Assembly: GCA_964016885.1 (NCBI GenBank)
Contig: OZ024744.1
Location: 50,096,001-50,160,000, forward strand
Length of the DNA: 64,000 bases
Direction: 5' to 3'
DNA from: Eledone cirrhosa
Taxonomy: Eukaryota
Below the pieces are notes generated by a model, which was given only the letters and a program-made list of their open reading frames with translations, did not search any database and was not told where the DNA came from. The position numbers were made by a program, and so were the translations under genes. Positions 25,865-39,916 of the stretch are shown here, piece after piece. Position 1 is the first letter of the stretch; every line of letters starts with the position of its first letter.

Positions 25865-25868
<4 letters not shown>

Positions 25869-26766
25869 ATATAAAGTTGTAGATCCTGTCTGTTTGTTTG
25901 TTTGTTTGTTCACGAACTCCTCCTATGGTTTTGGAGATAGACCCCCATAACTATATATATTCTGAAACTACATTGCCAGGGTATTTGGATAAGTATATTT
26001 CATTTTATTCAAAGGGTTCCCCGGGGCTCAAACCCCTCTGAAAACTTTTTCCCTTCAATTTATATGAAATTTAAACCATAGGTAAATGACAAGATATGAT
26101 GCCTATTCACACAATTTCAGCAAATTTCAATAATTTTAAGACACCCTAATGGGGGTTAATCAAAGGGTTCCCCGGGGGACACAAGCCCCCGCTGAAATCT
26201 TTTTCCCTTTGATTTATATGAAATTTAAATCATAGGTAAATGACAAGATATGATGCCTATTCACAAAATTTCAGCAAATTTCAATAATATTAAGACACCC
26301 TATTAGGGGTTAAACCCCCTATAGTGAAAATTTTGGAAGCCCATAACTTGACTATTGGAATTTTTAATTTCTAATTTGAAAATAATGCTTTACACAAAAA
26401 TTAAATGATCAAGTTTTGAATTGATATTTTGAAAAAAATTATTTACAAGAAACAAAATAAGAATAAGATTTAATGATGTAATTTTGATTTGATATATTAC
26501 AAAAAATAATGTTTTCCAATTCTTCATGCATTACATTTTACGTTGAGTAATATTGAAATGCAGAGTTTTTCTCCATAAATTATATCACTGATATAAAATA
26601 AATCATCATTTTCTTACAAAAAATGATGATTTATTTTAAATCAGTGATATAATTTATGGAGAAAAAACTCTGCATTTCAATATTACTCAACGTAAAATGT
26701 AATGCATGAAGAATTGGAAAACATTATTTTTTGTAATATATCAAATCAAAATTACATCATTAAATC
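25865..26766 (+). mobile_element. Non-autonomous Helitron-like 5' portion with 151-bp internal tandem repeat and a terminal 146-bp-arm hairpin
   Basis: TATATAAAG..(GTTT)n..AACTCCTCCTA start is typical of Helitron-derived repeats. Repeats begin at 26010 and 26161. 26467-26612 mirrors 26620-26766. The Helitron assignment is inference. Confidence 0.55.
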
Positions 26767-26794
26767 ATATATATGTGTGTGTATGTGTGTATAT

Positions 26795-27654
26795 ATATAT
26801 ATATATGATTTTATCATTTATTGTGTTTGATCCGTTTAGCTTGACTTGTTTTTTGGCTTAGGTGGTTAAGGCCTTCTTGACCCCACTTTTTCAGTTTGTA
26901 TGGCGTTTTAACTTATGTTTAGCTCTGGTTTTTTAACTATAGAGCGCTTGCCAGCATAACTCTGATTTTGCGTTTCGTTTCGCTTTTTCTAGCCGCCGAA
27001 ATGCGATTCTCGCTGAATTTATATTTCTATTCATCCCTCGAGTTTTACAATTAACCTGTTAATAATTCTATTGACAAATGAATTGCATAAGTTTATTTTA
27101 AAACTACCCGGTTGAGTGCTTATTCGATTTGTGCTATTTATGCAATTTTTTGCATGATTTACACATACTGAATTCATTTGCCAAATTCTGGGGGTTTTCC
27201 CCTTGTGAGTTACGCATGTGCTTTTACAAAGCTCTGCGTCATTCACAAAGTTGGCGCAGAACAAAATACCTGTTGATAACGTGATATTCCCTGTTCGATT
27301 ATTATACCTAAAGCTTATAGTTTTAAGCAGACAGTATTATTGATTTAGGTGTCATAGAAACCCTGCATTTGGATTTTACCATCAATTCCAATGGGTCCAG
27401 GTCGGTTATATATGTGTATATGTATATATATATATATGATTTTATAATTTATTTTGTTTGACCTGTTTAACTTGACTTGTGTTTTGGCTTAGGTGGTTAA
27501 TGCCTTCTTGACCACTTTTTTAGTTTGTATGGCGTTTTAACTTATGTTCAGCTCTGGTTTTTTAACTATAGAGCACTTGCCAGCATAACTCTGATTTTGC
27601 GTTTCGTTTCGCTTTTTCTACCCGCCGAAATGCGATTCTCGGTGAATTTATATT

Positions 27655-27655
<1 letters not shown>
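26795..27655 (+). repeat. Pair of approx. 235-bp direct repeats separated by approx. 380 bp of unique sequence
   Basis: About 26795-27025 vs 27425-27655, roughly 90% identical, each starting from a TA tract. Confidence 0.8.
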
Positions 27656-27727
<72 letters not shown>

Positions 27728-27785
27728 TTTTACATATATACATATATATACATATATACAATATATATACATATATATACATATA

Positions 27786-28620
<835 letters not shown>

Positions 28621-28737
28621 GAGTTTTTAGCAGTATTAGTTATAGATGTTATTGAGATACGAGTGACATAATAATGATTTCAACAGCAGAAATTAGAGAT
28701 GAAATATATGTTTATTTTTGATGTAGCACAAACAATG

Positions 28738-29420
28738 GTGTGGTACAGAGGCTGGTTTCTGGCGTGTGATCAGTCGGCTTTTCAGTGGCTGTCTGTTTTT
28801 TCTTTCTCGCGTTCTCAACCAGCGTTGTTCTATCAAGAGGCGTGAGGCGTCTTACTACAGTATCCCCTGCCAGATTTTCAAATTATCGAAAATCGATGTC
28901 ATTACTCACATGTGGAGTAAGATGGCGAACAATGCAACAAGGGGGAGCTATTCGCTCTACCAAAAATTGAATCCAGAATAAGGATTTGAAAAATGTTAAA
29001 AAAAAACAACATGCATGCATAAAAAACAAGGCAAAGAAAAAGCAGAAACACAGAGGCAAAAAAAAGGTGCAGCTAACATAGTCTAAATATAGACGGTGCT
29101 GCAAAATGTTTTGGGCCAGTGGACCCTACGACCTGAACGGGTCGTGGTCTTGTAACGTGGCGATGGTGGTGGTGTAGGGACAGGCGATGATGGTGGTTCA
29201 GGAACAGGCGTTCGCTCAACAGGCAAATACGAAGGGGTTCGTGGATCAGGAACCACAGCGTCCGTGTCAAGGTGCGCCTGCTTAAGCCTGTCTATTGTAA
29301 CTGTCTCCCTGGACCCCTTAATATCTAACGTGAAATGCTTAGCCGAGCGCGCTAAGACACGGTAAGGTCCAGTGTAAGGCTGTGTGAGCGGGGGCTTCAC
29401 AGAATCTTTCCTTACAAAGA
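28738..29420 (-). mobile_element. Gypsy LTR retrotransposon 3' fragment: integrase C-terminus, PPT and partial LTR
   Basis: PPLTQPYTGPYRVLARSAKHFTLDIKGSRETVTIDRLK (GPY/F region); minus strand CTGGCAGGGGATAC then TGTAG at 28859. Confidence 0.85.
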
Positions 29421-30231
29421 CATGTATCCCTAGGCGCCATGAGAAATAAATTCCCCGCGAGGATTTGAAGAATCACTCTCTTGTACCAGAAACTTCGAAC
29501 CAGCAACACGCATAATGTAACGGTGAGATATTGCACCCTAGCCTCGCCGGCTTTTCGGCGCAATGGCACATTCCCTTTTGTAACCTCTTTTTATCTGTAA
29601 TTTCAACCATATAAGTTAACAAACATTGTTTGTGCTACATCAAAAATAAACATACATTTCATCTCTAATTTCTGCTGTTGAAATCATTATTATGTTACTC
29701 GTGTCTCAATAACATCTGTAATCCATGCTGCCGGAATTGGCGACCTGACGAAAGGAATATTGTAAATACTTAGATGGTAAATAGATCGAGGGACCTTCCC
29801 TCACGTCTATGTCGACAAGATAATCCAACGAGGATACTATCACTTACCACACTGGCAACTAACGACCTTCAATCATCTACTCTGTTAAAAGTTAATTTAG
29901 AGTTAGTTATAGAAGTATACATATATACACCAAAGATATATACATGAGTTTAGAAAGAATGACATAATTATACTTATTTATTTATTTAATTTTTTAATAT
30001 ATATATATTAAGAATATGGATGTATTTATAATATTTAGATGAGAATTATAATGTATTGTATTAAATTATAAACTATTAATTGATTAAAGCAATTACCACA
30101 ATATAATATGTGAATGAATATACACCGTATTTACATATACGAGTGCATTTATTTTTTTACATATATTTTAATACTATGTATTTATAAATATAATGTATTG
30201 TAGTATATTATAAGACATTATTATATATCTT

Positions 30232-30803
30232 GGCGGTGGATTGGCAGTATCGGTAGAGGGTCAGACGACATGCTTTGACGCATAGAGTTACGGCCCTTGC
30301 CATTCTGAGTTCAAATCCCGCCGAGGTTAACTTTGCCTTTCATACTTACGGGATCGATAAAATAAAGTACCAGTAATACACTAGGTAATTGTGGCCTTGT
30401 GCCAAAAGTAGTAACAATTATTATATATCTTGGCAGTATCGGTAGAGGGTCGGACGCCATGCTTTGACGGACGCATAGAGTTACGGCCCTTGCCATTCTG
30501 AGTTCAAATCCCACCGAGGTTAACTTTGCCTTTCATCCTTACGAGGTCGATAAAATAAAATACCAGTAATGTACTGGGTAATTGCTGGCCTTGTGCCAAA
30601 CGTAGAAACAATTATATATCGTTGGTGGATTGGCAGTATCGGTAGAGGGTCGGACGCCATGCTTTCCAGCATAGTTACGTCCCTTTACGATCTGAGTTCA
30701 AATCCCGCCGAGGTTGACTTTGCCTTTCATCCTTACGGGGTCGATAAAATAAAGTACCAGTAATGCACTGGGTAGTTGCTGGCCTTGTGCCTAAAGTAGA
30801 AAC
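30232..30803 (+). mobile_element. Three head-to-tail copies of the tRNA-derived SINE
   Basis: Copies at about 30232-30417, 30430-30610 and 30622-30803. Confidence 0.92.
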
Positions 30804-31510
30804 AGTTATTTAAAAAATAAATAATTATTTAGTACATAAATGATTATGCCTGAATATAGATCTTATTTAAGTATATATATACATAGATTTGTAAATGAGC
30901 GTAGGATAGATCAAGTAATAATATATATGTATTTTATACATATACTTTAAGAATGTGAAATTAATTATATTTTTAAGTAAAATGGTATAATCTATTATTG
31001 CATACGGTTAGTAATATAATATTTAAACATTTATGCAAGTTGAAATATCTCATATATGTGAATTGTAAGCAAAAACATTTTGGGAGAGATAATATTTCGT
31101 ATTTTAAAGAATGTTTATGATAGATATTTAATAATATATTGTTTCATCTAATGTTTAACCTAATAATTAATCATAATTTATATTATAATATAAATAAATA
31201 GCTCATATAAGATTTCAGAGCACCATGTAGTAAATATGGTTTTCATAATAGTTTTTTTTACATTGTATAAGAAATATTTCTATTTATAAATTTAAAAACA
31301 TTTAAAACAATTAAAATATATATTGTACATATGCAACTTATATAGACCATAGTGTAGTAGGTTCTATAAATTATAAATATTGTGAAATTTTCTGGAGAAT
31401 CGATGCAATCAAGAATTAAATATTTCCTTTTTTTGTTAATAATATTACCAGGATTGGTAATTATATGAAAGATTTCTTCAATACAGAGATGACAAATTCT
31501 TGAGAGAGCC

Positions 31511-33349
31511 ATATTTTGACACCTGAGCCACTTTCTTTGCCGCTGGCTCGCTTAGCATTTCCATGCAGACATCTTTAATACAGCCTATCACTGGCGTCTC
31601 ACCGATTGTGTATGACTTTTTAGCCTTGGCAGCTCGAAGTGCTACTTTATAAGAAGCCCGCAAAGCATAAGTATTTATGTGTGACACTTCAAATATCTGT
31701 TTCTGACGGCCTTTTAAATCAACATGCTTTCTTTCAAAGAACTCTTTTGGCTTTGAACTCATTTTTTTATGTTTTGTATTTAAATGTCTCTTGAGATTTG
31801 ATGGCTTCATTGACTCGTTAGCCAATACTTTTCCACAAATTACACACTGTGGTTTTTGCATTCCCCCAACATTCGTGGCTACAAAACCAAATTGAATGTA
31901 TAAGGAATCATATTTCCGAGTAAAGCTAGTACGAATTCTTTTTCCCTGCAATACTTCGGTTTCATTTACATGGCCTTCATCTGATTCAAAATTACTTGCG
32001 GGTTCAGCAACTGGATGTTTTGGCTTGATAAATATGTCCATAGGGCTTCGCTTCGCCATCTGTAAATTAGGGATAGAAATAATTAATATAAATTCCATAA
32101 CCCCAGGTATATACTTCTGACTTCCGCGTGAGCACCGTGTGTTGCAAACCAAAAATTGGCTTAGGTGAACCAGTTAGCCGCTACCTGAGGCCCTCCATAT
32201 ATACCACACTCTGATTTTACAAGTCTATTCACCCTCCCAAAAAACAGGGGGGTTCAACATACAAACTGCTTCTCGCAAGTACTAGGGAAACTTCCCTAAA
32301 AAACTTATAGCAATCTCCTTCAGACAGATCTCTTCACATGGCATATTGCACAAAACTCGGGGTTTATTTCATCTCCAGGGCACTAAGGAATTTACAAAAT
32401 TAACAGGGGAAGGCGGGGGTGTGGGTGTATATGGGTGTATTTTTTGGTTTGGGGGAGGCGTGTAGGGGATGACACCTGTTTGATGGCGTCGAGGCGGGAG
32501 AGGAGGAGAATTGTTTATCGTTACTTATCCACTCACCTAATCTTGATCACTCCAGCAAATATATAACATCTACTTCTCTACATCCTTATACGTCATAATC
32601 TCAATACCACAAGGCCAGATGACACTTCTTTTTATCATGAGAAAGGAATGAATACAGAATAAGTCAGTCACCTGTTTGATGGCGTCGAGGCGATAGAGGA
32701 GGCTAAGGGATTACAGAGGGCATAACATTAATTTACTGAGGGAATACCACGTAAATAATGTTTTTTTTACTGTTAAGAATTAATCAGGCTATTTTAAGCG
32801 TGAGAAAACAGTTACATTAAGGGAAGAAATAATTTATTTGAGGATACGGGCCGAAGTAAAGGGAACATGATTTTGAAAGGAGACTAAAGTATCATTCGGC
32901 GGCATTACAATATCACAAATATACTACATTTACTTACATAATCTCTACCACAGTCGGTAAGTACCACGCGTCACCACTGGCCAACTAAGTTGTTTACTTA
33001 CTACAGTAGGTCGTTTAGTCACCGAAACTGATGCTGCACGGTTCATTTTCTGTTATTTGACTTTCTTTCTTCATAGAAAACTATGATATATTATCAACTT
33101 ATATTTTTACTATCAGGTTAATTTACCTATTATTGTCATATAATTTTCACCCCCCCCCCCCCCAGTTTTCATTGCATAAGGACAAATTACTGAAACTAGC
33201 AGTCACAGCCTAAAATTTCCTTGAAATTCCTTAGATTCTACCAATTCCTCAAATGATTCCTTAGCATGGCCTGGACACTGGCCGCGAACCGCTAGCTGAT
33301 GTCTCGCGTACCGGCACCGATCCACGGACCACCACTTTGAGTAGCACTG
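31511..33349 (-). mobile_element. 3'-truncated hAT (Buster/Charlie-type) DNA transposon
   Basis: Transposase N-terminus YIQFGF..KPQCVICGKVLANESMKPSNLKRHL..ALRASYKVA..TIGE (31511-32060). Left terminus CAGTGCTACTCAAAGT at 33349, next to target GTCTAGTC within a Tx1 fragment. Confidence 0.85.
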
Positions 33350-34460
33350 GTCTAGTCGATATCTATCAGCCAGTTGGAATTGGCTGATGATATTTGTGAG
33401 GCTATTACACCCCACCTCTATTATCACAAGCTCATACATAGTCCCAACGTGCATCTAAGATGCCATTCCAGTCCCTTGCTAACACTAAGGAGCGAGACGT
33501 TCCCAGGAATGGCCCCAGACGCTTGAAGAACTCTGGTCGCGATGTCCCTGTCGGGGCATATATGGCCACCAGTCTGAAAATCCACCTTTACTACCATTCA
33601 CGTCCTGGACCACCAAATTGCCCTCCGGGTCAAAGTATTTTGAGATCCAAGTTTTTTCGAAACAGAACAGCAACTTTCCCTCCACCCCCTTGCTGACAAA
33701 GAGATGCGTAGATCTCAAAATCATCGAACATGGGGGTTAGCTGCCGCTTGTCGTGAATCCTGGACTCGGTGATGGCTATCAGATCTATACAGTGTGACCT
33801 GATATCATTTAAAAACTGGCCCTGTTTCCAGGGCATGCCCAGGCCACGTACATTCAAACATCCAACTTGTTAAGTCGCCATGTTGGTGAAGAAAAGTTGG
33901 GGAGAGAAAAGGCAGGAACACTTAGCTTTTAGTTTCCTGGAGGTCGGGTTGTTCGATCTCCATGTCTAGATTGGGGTGTTTGGGGAGGGAATCCTTTTAG
34001 CAGGACATGGTTGAGGGGTTTTAGGCAAGGGGTTCCACATCATGTGGGAAGTTGCCTTTTAAAGTTTACTACTGTAGGGTTGTTACCCTGATTTGTTTAA
34101 GGTTTGGGGGTGAGTCAGTGGTGGGGAGGGTTTTCCCTTCCGTCTAGATTGTGGGGTCCTTTCAGACAGTTTTCACCCGTTCTTTGTCTCTTGCTTTTAT
34201 GTATGTGTAATGTGTTTTGTTTTTTATGTGTACTGCTTCTGTTGGTAGTTTTATTTTTGTGGTTGGGGTTTGTGATTGTGGTGGTGTGGGTGTTTGTTTT
34301 GTTGATGAAGTGTTTGGTAGTGTTGTTGGTGTGGTTGTTGTTTGTGGCGGTATGTTTGTAACAGTGTTGGGTGTGAGCATGTTTTCTGTTGATGTTTTTG
34401 CTTTTTGTATTTTTTCCGTGTTTTTTTTTTTGCTTCTTGGATTTTTGGGGTTCCTCTTAG
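33350..34460 (-). mobile_element. Tx1-clade LINE fragment (ORF1 end plus APE endonuclease start), second subfamily
   Basis: NVRGLGMPWKQG..IAITESRI, roughly 80% identical to 37720-38290 with many synonymous differences. Confidence 0.88.
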
Positions 34461-34632
34461 ACACACAGACAGACACACATATATAGATAGATAGATACAC
34501 AGACAGACACACATAGATAGATAGATATACAGACACACATAGATAGATAGATAGATATACAGACATACAGACACACATAGATAGATAGACATACAGACAG
34601 ACACACACACACACATAGATATATAAATAGAT
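34461..34632. repeat. (GATA)n/(GACA)n microsatellite
   Basis: Seen directly; a matching tract at 39856-40030 flanks the other end of the Tx1 element. Confidence 0.95.
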
Positions 34633-37600
34633 ATGTTACTTTATTAGCCACAGGGGCACAAAAGAAGGGGACAAATACAAAAGGGGAAGTTTACATACAA
34701 TAAAAACGTGTAAAATACTATCACAAATACAATTTAAAAGTTAATCGATTTTCCCCAATAGGGGGAGACATTACATATGGGTAACACATACACCCGAAAA
34801 AATGCGCAACCCTCATCTCTAGGAGTACGAAGAGTGAGTACCCCTTTCCTCTCCTCCTCTTTTCCCTCAACCTACAGGCTGATATAGAGAGAAGGCCCAT
34901 TCACTCGGGCCATTCTCGCCACTTTCACCCACCTTTCATAAAACTTGCTGGGGTACAGCACCTCTCTCTCCATCCTGACTCTTCTTCCAAAGTGGTATTT
35001 GAAAAAAAGAATCAGTTGTTGGCCGGAGAGAAAGGTGTTTGACCTCAGCCCTTTCAACCTTGTCCACCATACAACCTCTTTCGCCATAGCGATCACACAA
35101 AGGAAAACCGTCTCTCCTTCGTTTTTGAAGGAGGGTGGCGGTTTGATCATGACAATGGACTCGGTGGTCAACCGGATTGGTCCCACCCGCGACAATAGTC
35201 GTTCTACATAGCCCCACAAGTTAGTGACGCCCGGGCAGTGTATGAATGCGTGCGCGACGGTTTCTTCGTCTCGCACGCACCTCGGACAGATCTTTTTTGC
35301 AGGGTCCCTGCCCGGGCGCCCATGTCTGTAGAGCATGTCTCGAACTGGTAGAGCTCCTCGGTAGCACTGCCAGGCCAGGGACTATTGGAAGTTGTCCATC
35401 GGTCCCGGGCGGAAGGTCCTACCGAACAGACTGGCCAGTTCGTCTTCCTCTACGCCCAGAGTTTCACCGAGCGCGTCGTCGCACTTGCTGCGGATCAACC
35501 CTCTATAGAATGACGAATTGGAGTCTCCACTGATCGCCGGGTCCGCCTGCCAGAGGGCTGTCAGCGCCTGAGCACATTCGATGTGCCAGTCGCCCATTTT
35601 CCTCGGTCTTTGCTTGACCCAGGACTGCAGCTCTGTTAGCGAGACGAGTCGTGGTAAGGCTCGCCTTACGAACGGGGCCCACACCGGTTGTCCGGTGAGG
35701 AATACGTAGAGATGCCGCAGCCTGAGCGCGTGTTTGCGCATCGTCAGCCACGGCAACCCCAGCCATCCGTTGGAAGGGCGTTGGCAGCAGATGGATCTCA
35801 TCACCAAAGGAGCCCGCCTCTTCCAAAGGAATTGGAAGAGCGCGCGCTCCATTTTGGCGAGCGTTTTGGCTGGACAAGGCACAACGGTCAAGCCGTAGTA
35901 GATGGCGGACGCTATAAAAGTGTTCGCCACCTCCGCTCGACCTTTCAAGCATAGTTTGCACTCGGCCCACTTCTGGTTTAGTTCTTCTCCACCTGGAGGT
36001 CCGGACACCTCGTTCCAGTTCTTCTCCACCTGGAGGTCCGGACCAAACCAGACTCCGAGCAGCATTACTGGTCCTCCGTCCAGCGTCCGACGACGCCATC
36101 GGAAGGCATCGCTTTGCCTCTCCACGGTCCGAGTTGCAAACCGATGGACTTGTCCCGGTTCAGCTTCACTCCTGTGAACGTTTCGTATTCCTTCAGTAAG
36201 GTGCCGACTTCATATATTTGCGAGGCGCTCAACACCATTACTGTCACGTCGTCGGCGTAGGACGACGTCGCTTTCCGCAGTCCCGGTTCCAGAGGGATGC
36301 CCTGCAATAGCTCCAACTTCCGCAGTAGTGAATCGAGAGTCAATATGTACAGAAGGGAGGAGAGAGGGCATCCCTGTCGAATGGATCGCGTGATATGGAA
36401 CGGCTCCGAGAGGTAACCGTTCACCTTAACCCTTGAGCAGATGTTGCTGTTATGCATTGCAGCAATTCAGCCCCTGAACACGGGTCCGAAGCCTGCCGCC
36501 TCGAGCACCGCATCCAGGTAACGATAGTCAACCCTATCGAAAGCCTTAGACTGATTCAAGTTGATCAGGGCCCCGCCGAAGCCGGATTTACACCCTACCC
36601 TCTCTATGATGTATCGCATGAGGTGGATTTTGTCGTGTATGGATCTGGTCGGGATTGCGCATGTCTGCGCTTCTCCCACCAGGTTCTCGACGACAAGCGC
36701 CAGCCTCTTTGCCAACACCTTGGCCAAAATCTGTAACTCTGTGTTTAGCAGAGTTATGGGCCGGAAGTTGCCTATGTCATCCCCCTTATTCTCGTCCTTC
36801 CTAACTAGTGTGACTACGCCCCCGGTCACAGAACTGGGAATTCTCCCGTTCTGTTGCCAGTTGCAGTAGACCGCTTCCGGGTAGACCGTCGAGACCTGGA
36901 GATTTGCGTTTGCCGCATTGGCTCAAGCGTCCCCTATCTCAGCGGCTGAAATCGGCTTTTCGCAGAACTTTGTCTCGCTGTCCGAGAATCGCGGTAGGCC
37001 GTCGAGGTATGGACCGAAATCCATAGCCCCTCCCGGCGCGCCGCCCTGCCCGAACAGTTGAGCAAAGTGCCGCTGAAAGGCCACACACATCTGCTTCGGC
37101 TCACGTATCACGCGTCCGTTTTCGTCCTTCAAAGACCGAATCGTGGACTTGTTGCCACTTTTTGCCTCCGTCACTCGGGCCCAGCTAACAGCTTTGGCTC
37201 CCTCATTTCCCAGAGCACGTATTTTGCTTCTGACAACGCATCCCGCATGCTTTGCATCAAAGAACTGGTCCAAGGCCGTTCTCGTTGCTAGCACGTTGGC
37301 TACGTTGCCACTTCTAATTGCCTCTTCTACTTTATCTACCAGTTCTCGGTTCTATTTCTATCTAACGCTAATTCTTTACTAAAAACTAACGAGTCTAATC
37401 TAACTGCCCTCTTGAGAGAGTACCACCATCTGTTGTTGACAATGGCGCCTGTCAAGTGCTGTTTAACTAAAGTGCTAATCCGTCTACTGTAGGCTTTGCA
37501 TGTCGGTAACGACAAGTTCAGCTTCCAGTAGCCAGGTCCTTGTCTATGGGTTCTATCAAGGTTGACTATGCAGGTCACTAGTTTGTGATCTGAATAGGCA

Positions 37601-39855
37601 ACCATGAACATTTGTGGACAGCTTAACATGTCCCTATCCTTATTTCTAACTAGAACCCTATCTAGGTATGATCTAGATGTTCCGCTAAGATTAGTCCACG
37701 TCCACAGTGGCACAGTCGGAAAATCTAGTCGATATCTATCGGCCAGGTCAAATCGGCCGATTAACTGTTTGAGGATGTTACATCCCCCCCCCCTTTATCG
37801 GGACATGCTCCCACATAGTCCCAACGTGCATCTAGGATTCCATTCCAGTCCCCCACTAAAAGCAAGGAGAAAAGTCTCTAGACGTTTGAAGAAGTCTGGC
37901 CGCGGTGTCCCGGATGGGGCATATGCGGCCACCAGCCTGAAGGCTCCACCTTCACTACCGTCAACGTCTAGGACCACCAGTCGACCCTCCGGGTCCAGAT
38001 GTACCGTCTGTGTTACGAGGCCCAGTGTTTCCGCAGGAAAACGGCACCCCCCCCCCCCCGGCTGACAGAGAGATGCGTAGATCTCAAAGTCATCGTAGAT
38101 GGGGGCCAGCTGTCGCTCGCTGTGGATCCTGGACTCGCAAATGGCTACTACATCCATACTGTGCGACCTGAGGTCGTTTAAGAGTTTGCCCTGTTTCCAG
38201 GGCATCCCCAGACCGCGTACATTCACACACCCAACTTGTTAAGTCACCATGTTGGTGAAGAAAAATTAAAAGAGAAGAAAACACTCACCTCTTCGTCTCC
38301 CGGGGATCAGGCCGCACGGTTTCCATGGGGGTGTTAGAGGAGTTGTCTGGGTGGGTGGTGGTTTCCGGTGGGGTGGGGATGGAGATGTTTGGTGGGGTGG
38401 GGGTGTCTGGGGTGAGGGTGGGGAAACTTTTTAAAAGGGCGCGGTTAATGGGTTTAACACAAGGATTACCCACGTCCTTAGGAAAATTTTCCTTTAAAGA
38501 CTTATAGGTGTCCGTAGGGACCCTAATCATCTTTAAATTAGGTTTGTCTACACAGTTCGAAAAAGTTTCCCCTTCGGTTTTCGCCGAAGGGTCGTTGGAG
38601 ATGACCTCCATTAAAGTTTTGTTTTTACTGTTTATGTAAGTGTAATGTTCTTGTGTTGCGGTGGTTTTTGTCTGTTGTTCTTGTGGGAGCTTTCGTTTTG
38701 TTGTAGGTGTTTGTGTTTGGAGTGATGTCGTGGTTTTGTTTTCGGGACAGAGGGTTTTTGTTTGTAATGTTTGTGTTGGTGGTTGTATGTTTGTAGTGAT
38801 GTTTGTTGTTTTTTTGTTCTTGTGGTGTCTTTTCTTCTTTCTTTTCGAACGGAGAGGCTCTCCCTCATCATCACTTGGTGATGATGTGGGGGCCTCATCC
38901 GTTGTGGTGTCTGTGTTATTTGGAAGGGGTATGTTTTGGGGAGCTGTTGTGTTTGTGGGTGTTTTTGCAGTGGTTTTAGGTGGAGTGGGGTTGGGTGGGA
39001 CTGTGCTTGCAGGTTGGTTTGTTGTTCTTGTTTTGGTTGTGTTTGTGTTTTGTTGTTGTTGTTGTTGTGGTGGTGGTGGTGGTTGTGTTATTGTTTTGGG
39101 TGTTGGCAGTAGTGCCTCTTTTTTTTTAGTTAACTGAGGACAGTAAGCCTTCAGGTGACCACTGCTTAAACAGTGGTAACATGAAGGCCGCCTACCCTCA
39201 ACAGAAATGTTTATGTGTGAAATTCCATCCAGAGGCACACGTTGGGGGTATTTTAGCTATCTGTTCTGGCCTCATTTGGACCAGAACTTCCATACTTGTA
39301 CCATTGAATGTGCCTCTGGAGGACTTTCCCACCGAAATGATGGCGTCTTCGTCGAAATCGATGAAGCCAGTTAGAATCCGCCAGGCGTTTACATTTGGTG
39401 CAATGTTTAAAATTTTTATTTTTTGAGTTCTTTTTCCCATATATGTGGGGGAAAAGGTGTAAAGGGGGGGGGTGTCACAATCGGCGATACAGAATATTTT
39501 TGTGATGTCAATTGGTCTTTCAACAACACCGAAATGCTTCCAAAAAGTTTCCCTTTTTGGATGAAGGCAATATCCTTCATGGAATCCTTCAAAACCAGTT
39601 CAATATCGTTTTGGGATAACTGAACTGGTTTTTTCGACACATTTGAAACCGTCCTAAAAATTACTGTTTTTAGAACAGTTTCTCTGCGTAACTGTTGAGG
39701 AGAAGTGATGCTGAAAGCACCACTCTCACCAAAAGTTACGTACTGTTTTGCATCGCTTAACATTTCCCTAGCATTGGAAATGTCAAGGTATGTGAACAGT
39801 TCCGTCTTTTGGACGGTTTGAGCAAAAGAAATCTTTTCCTTGTTCGTGGAGTTAG
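34633..39855 (-). mobile_element. Near full-length Tx1/L1-clade LINE with frameshifts
   Basis: ORF1 has a CCHC knuckle (CYHCLSSGHLKAYC). ORF2 has APE (NVRGL, SYLDRVL, SDH, GPGYWKLN), RT (NFRPITLLN, KAFDRV, RQGCPLS, YADDV) and C-terminal CPRC..ETVAHAFIHC. 3' AATAAA. Confidence 0.95.
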
Positions 39856-39873
39856 AGAGACATACAGACAGAC

Positions 39874-39916
<43 letters not shown>

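Noticed and set aside
31478-32152. Domesticated ZBED5/Buster-like host gene
   Set aside because: It is truncated before the catalytic domain and a transposon terminus is retained at 33349, so it is a broken element.
38235-38288. 54-nt GT-AG intron that would fuse Tx1 ORF1 to ORF2 and remove both stops (AG|GTGAGT, pyrimidine tract, ACAAG)
   Set aside because: The splice would be out of frame with ORF2, and the second copy reads AGCTAAGT with no GT donor. Still worth a glance in RNA-seq.
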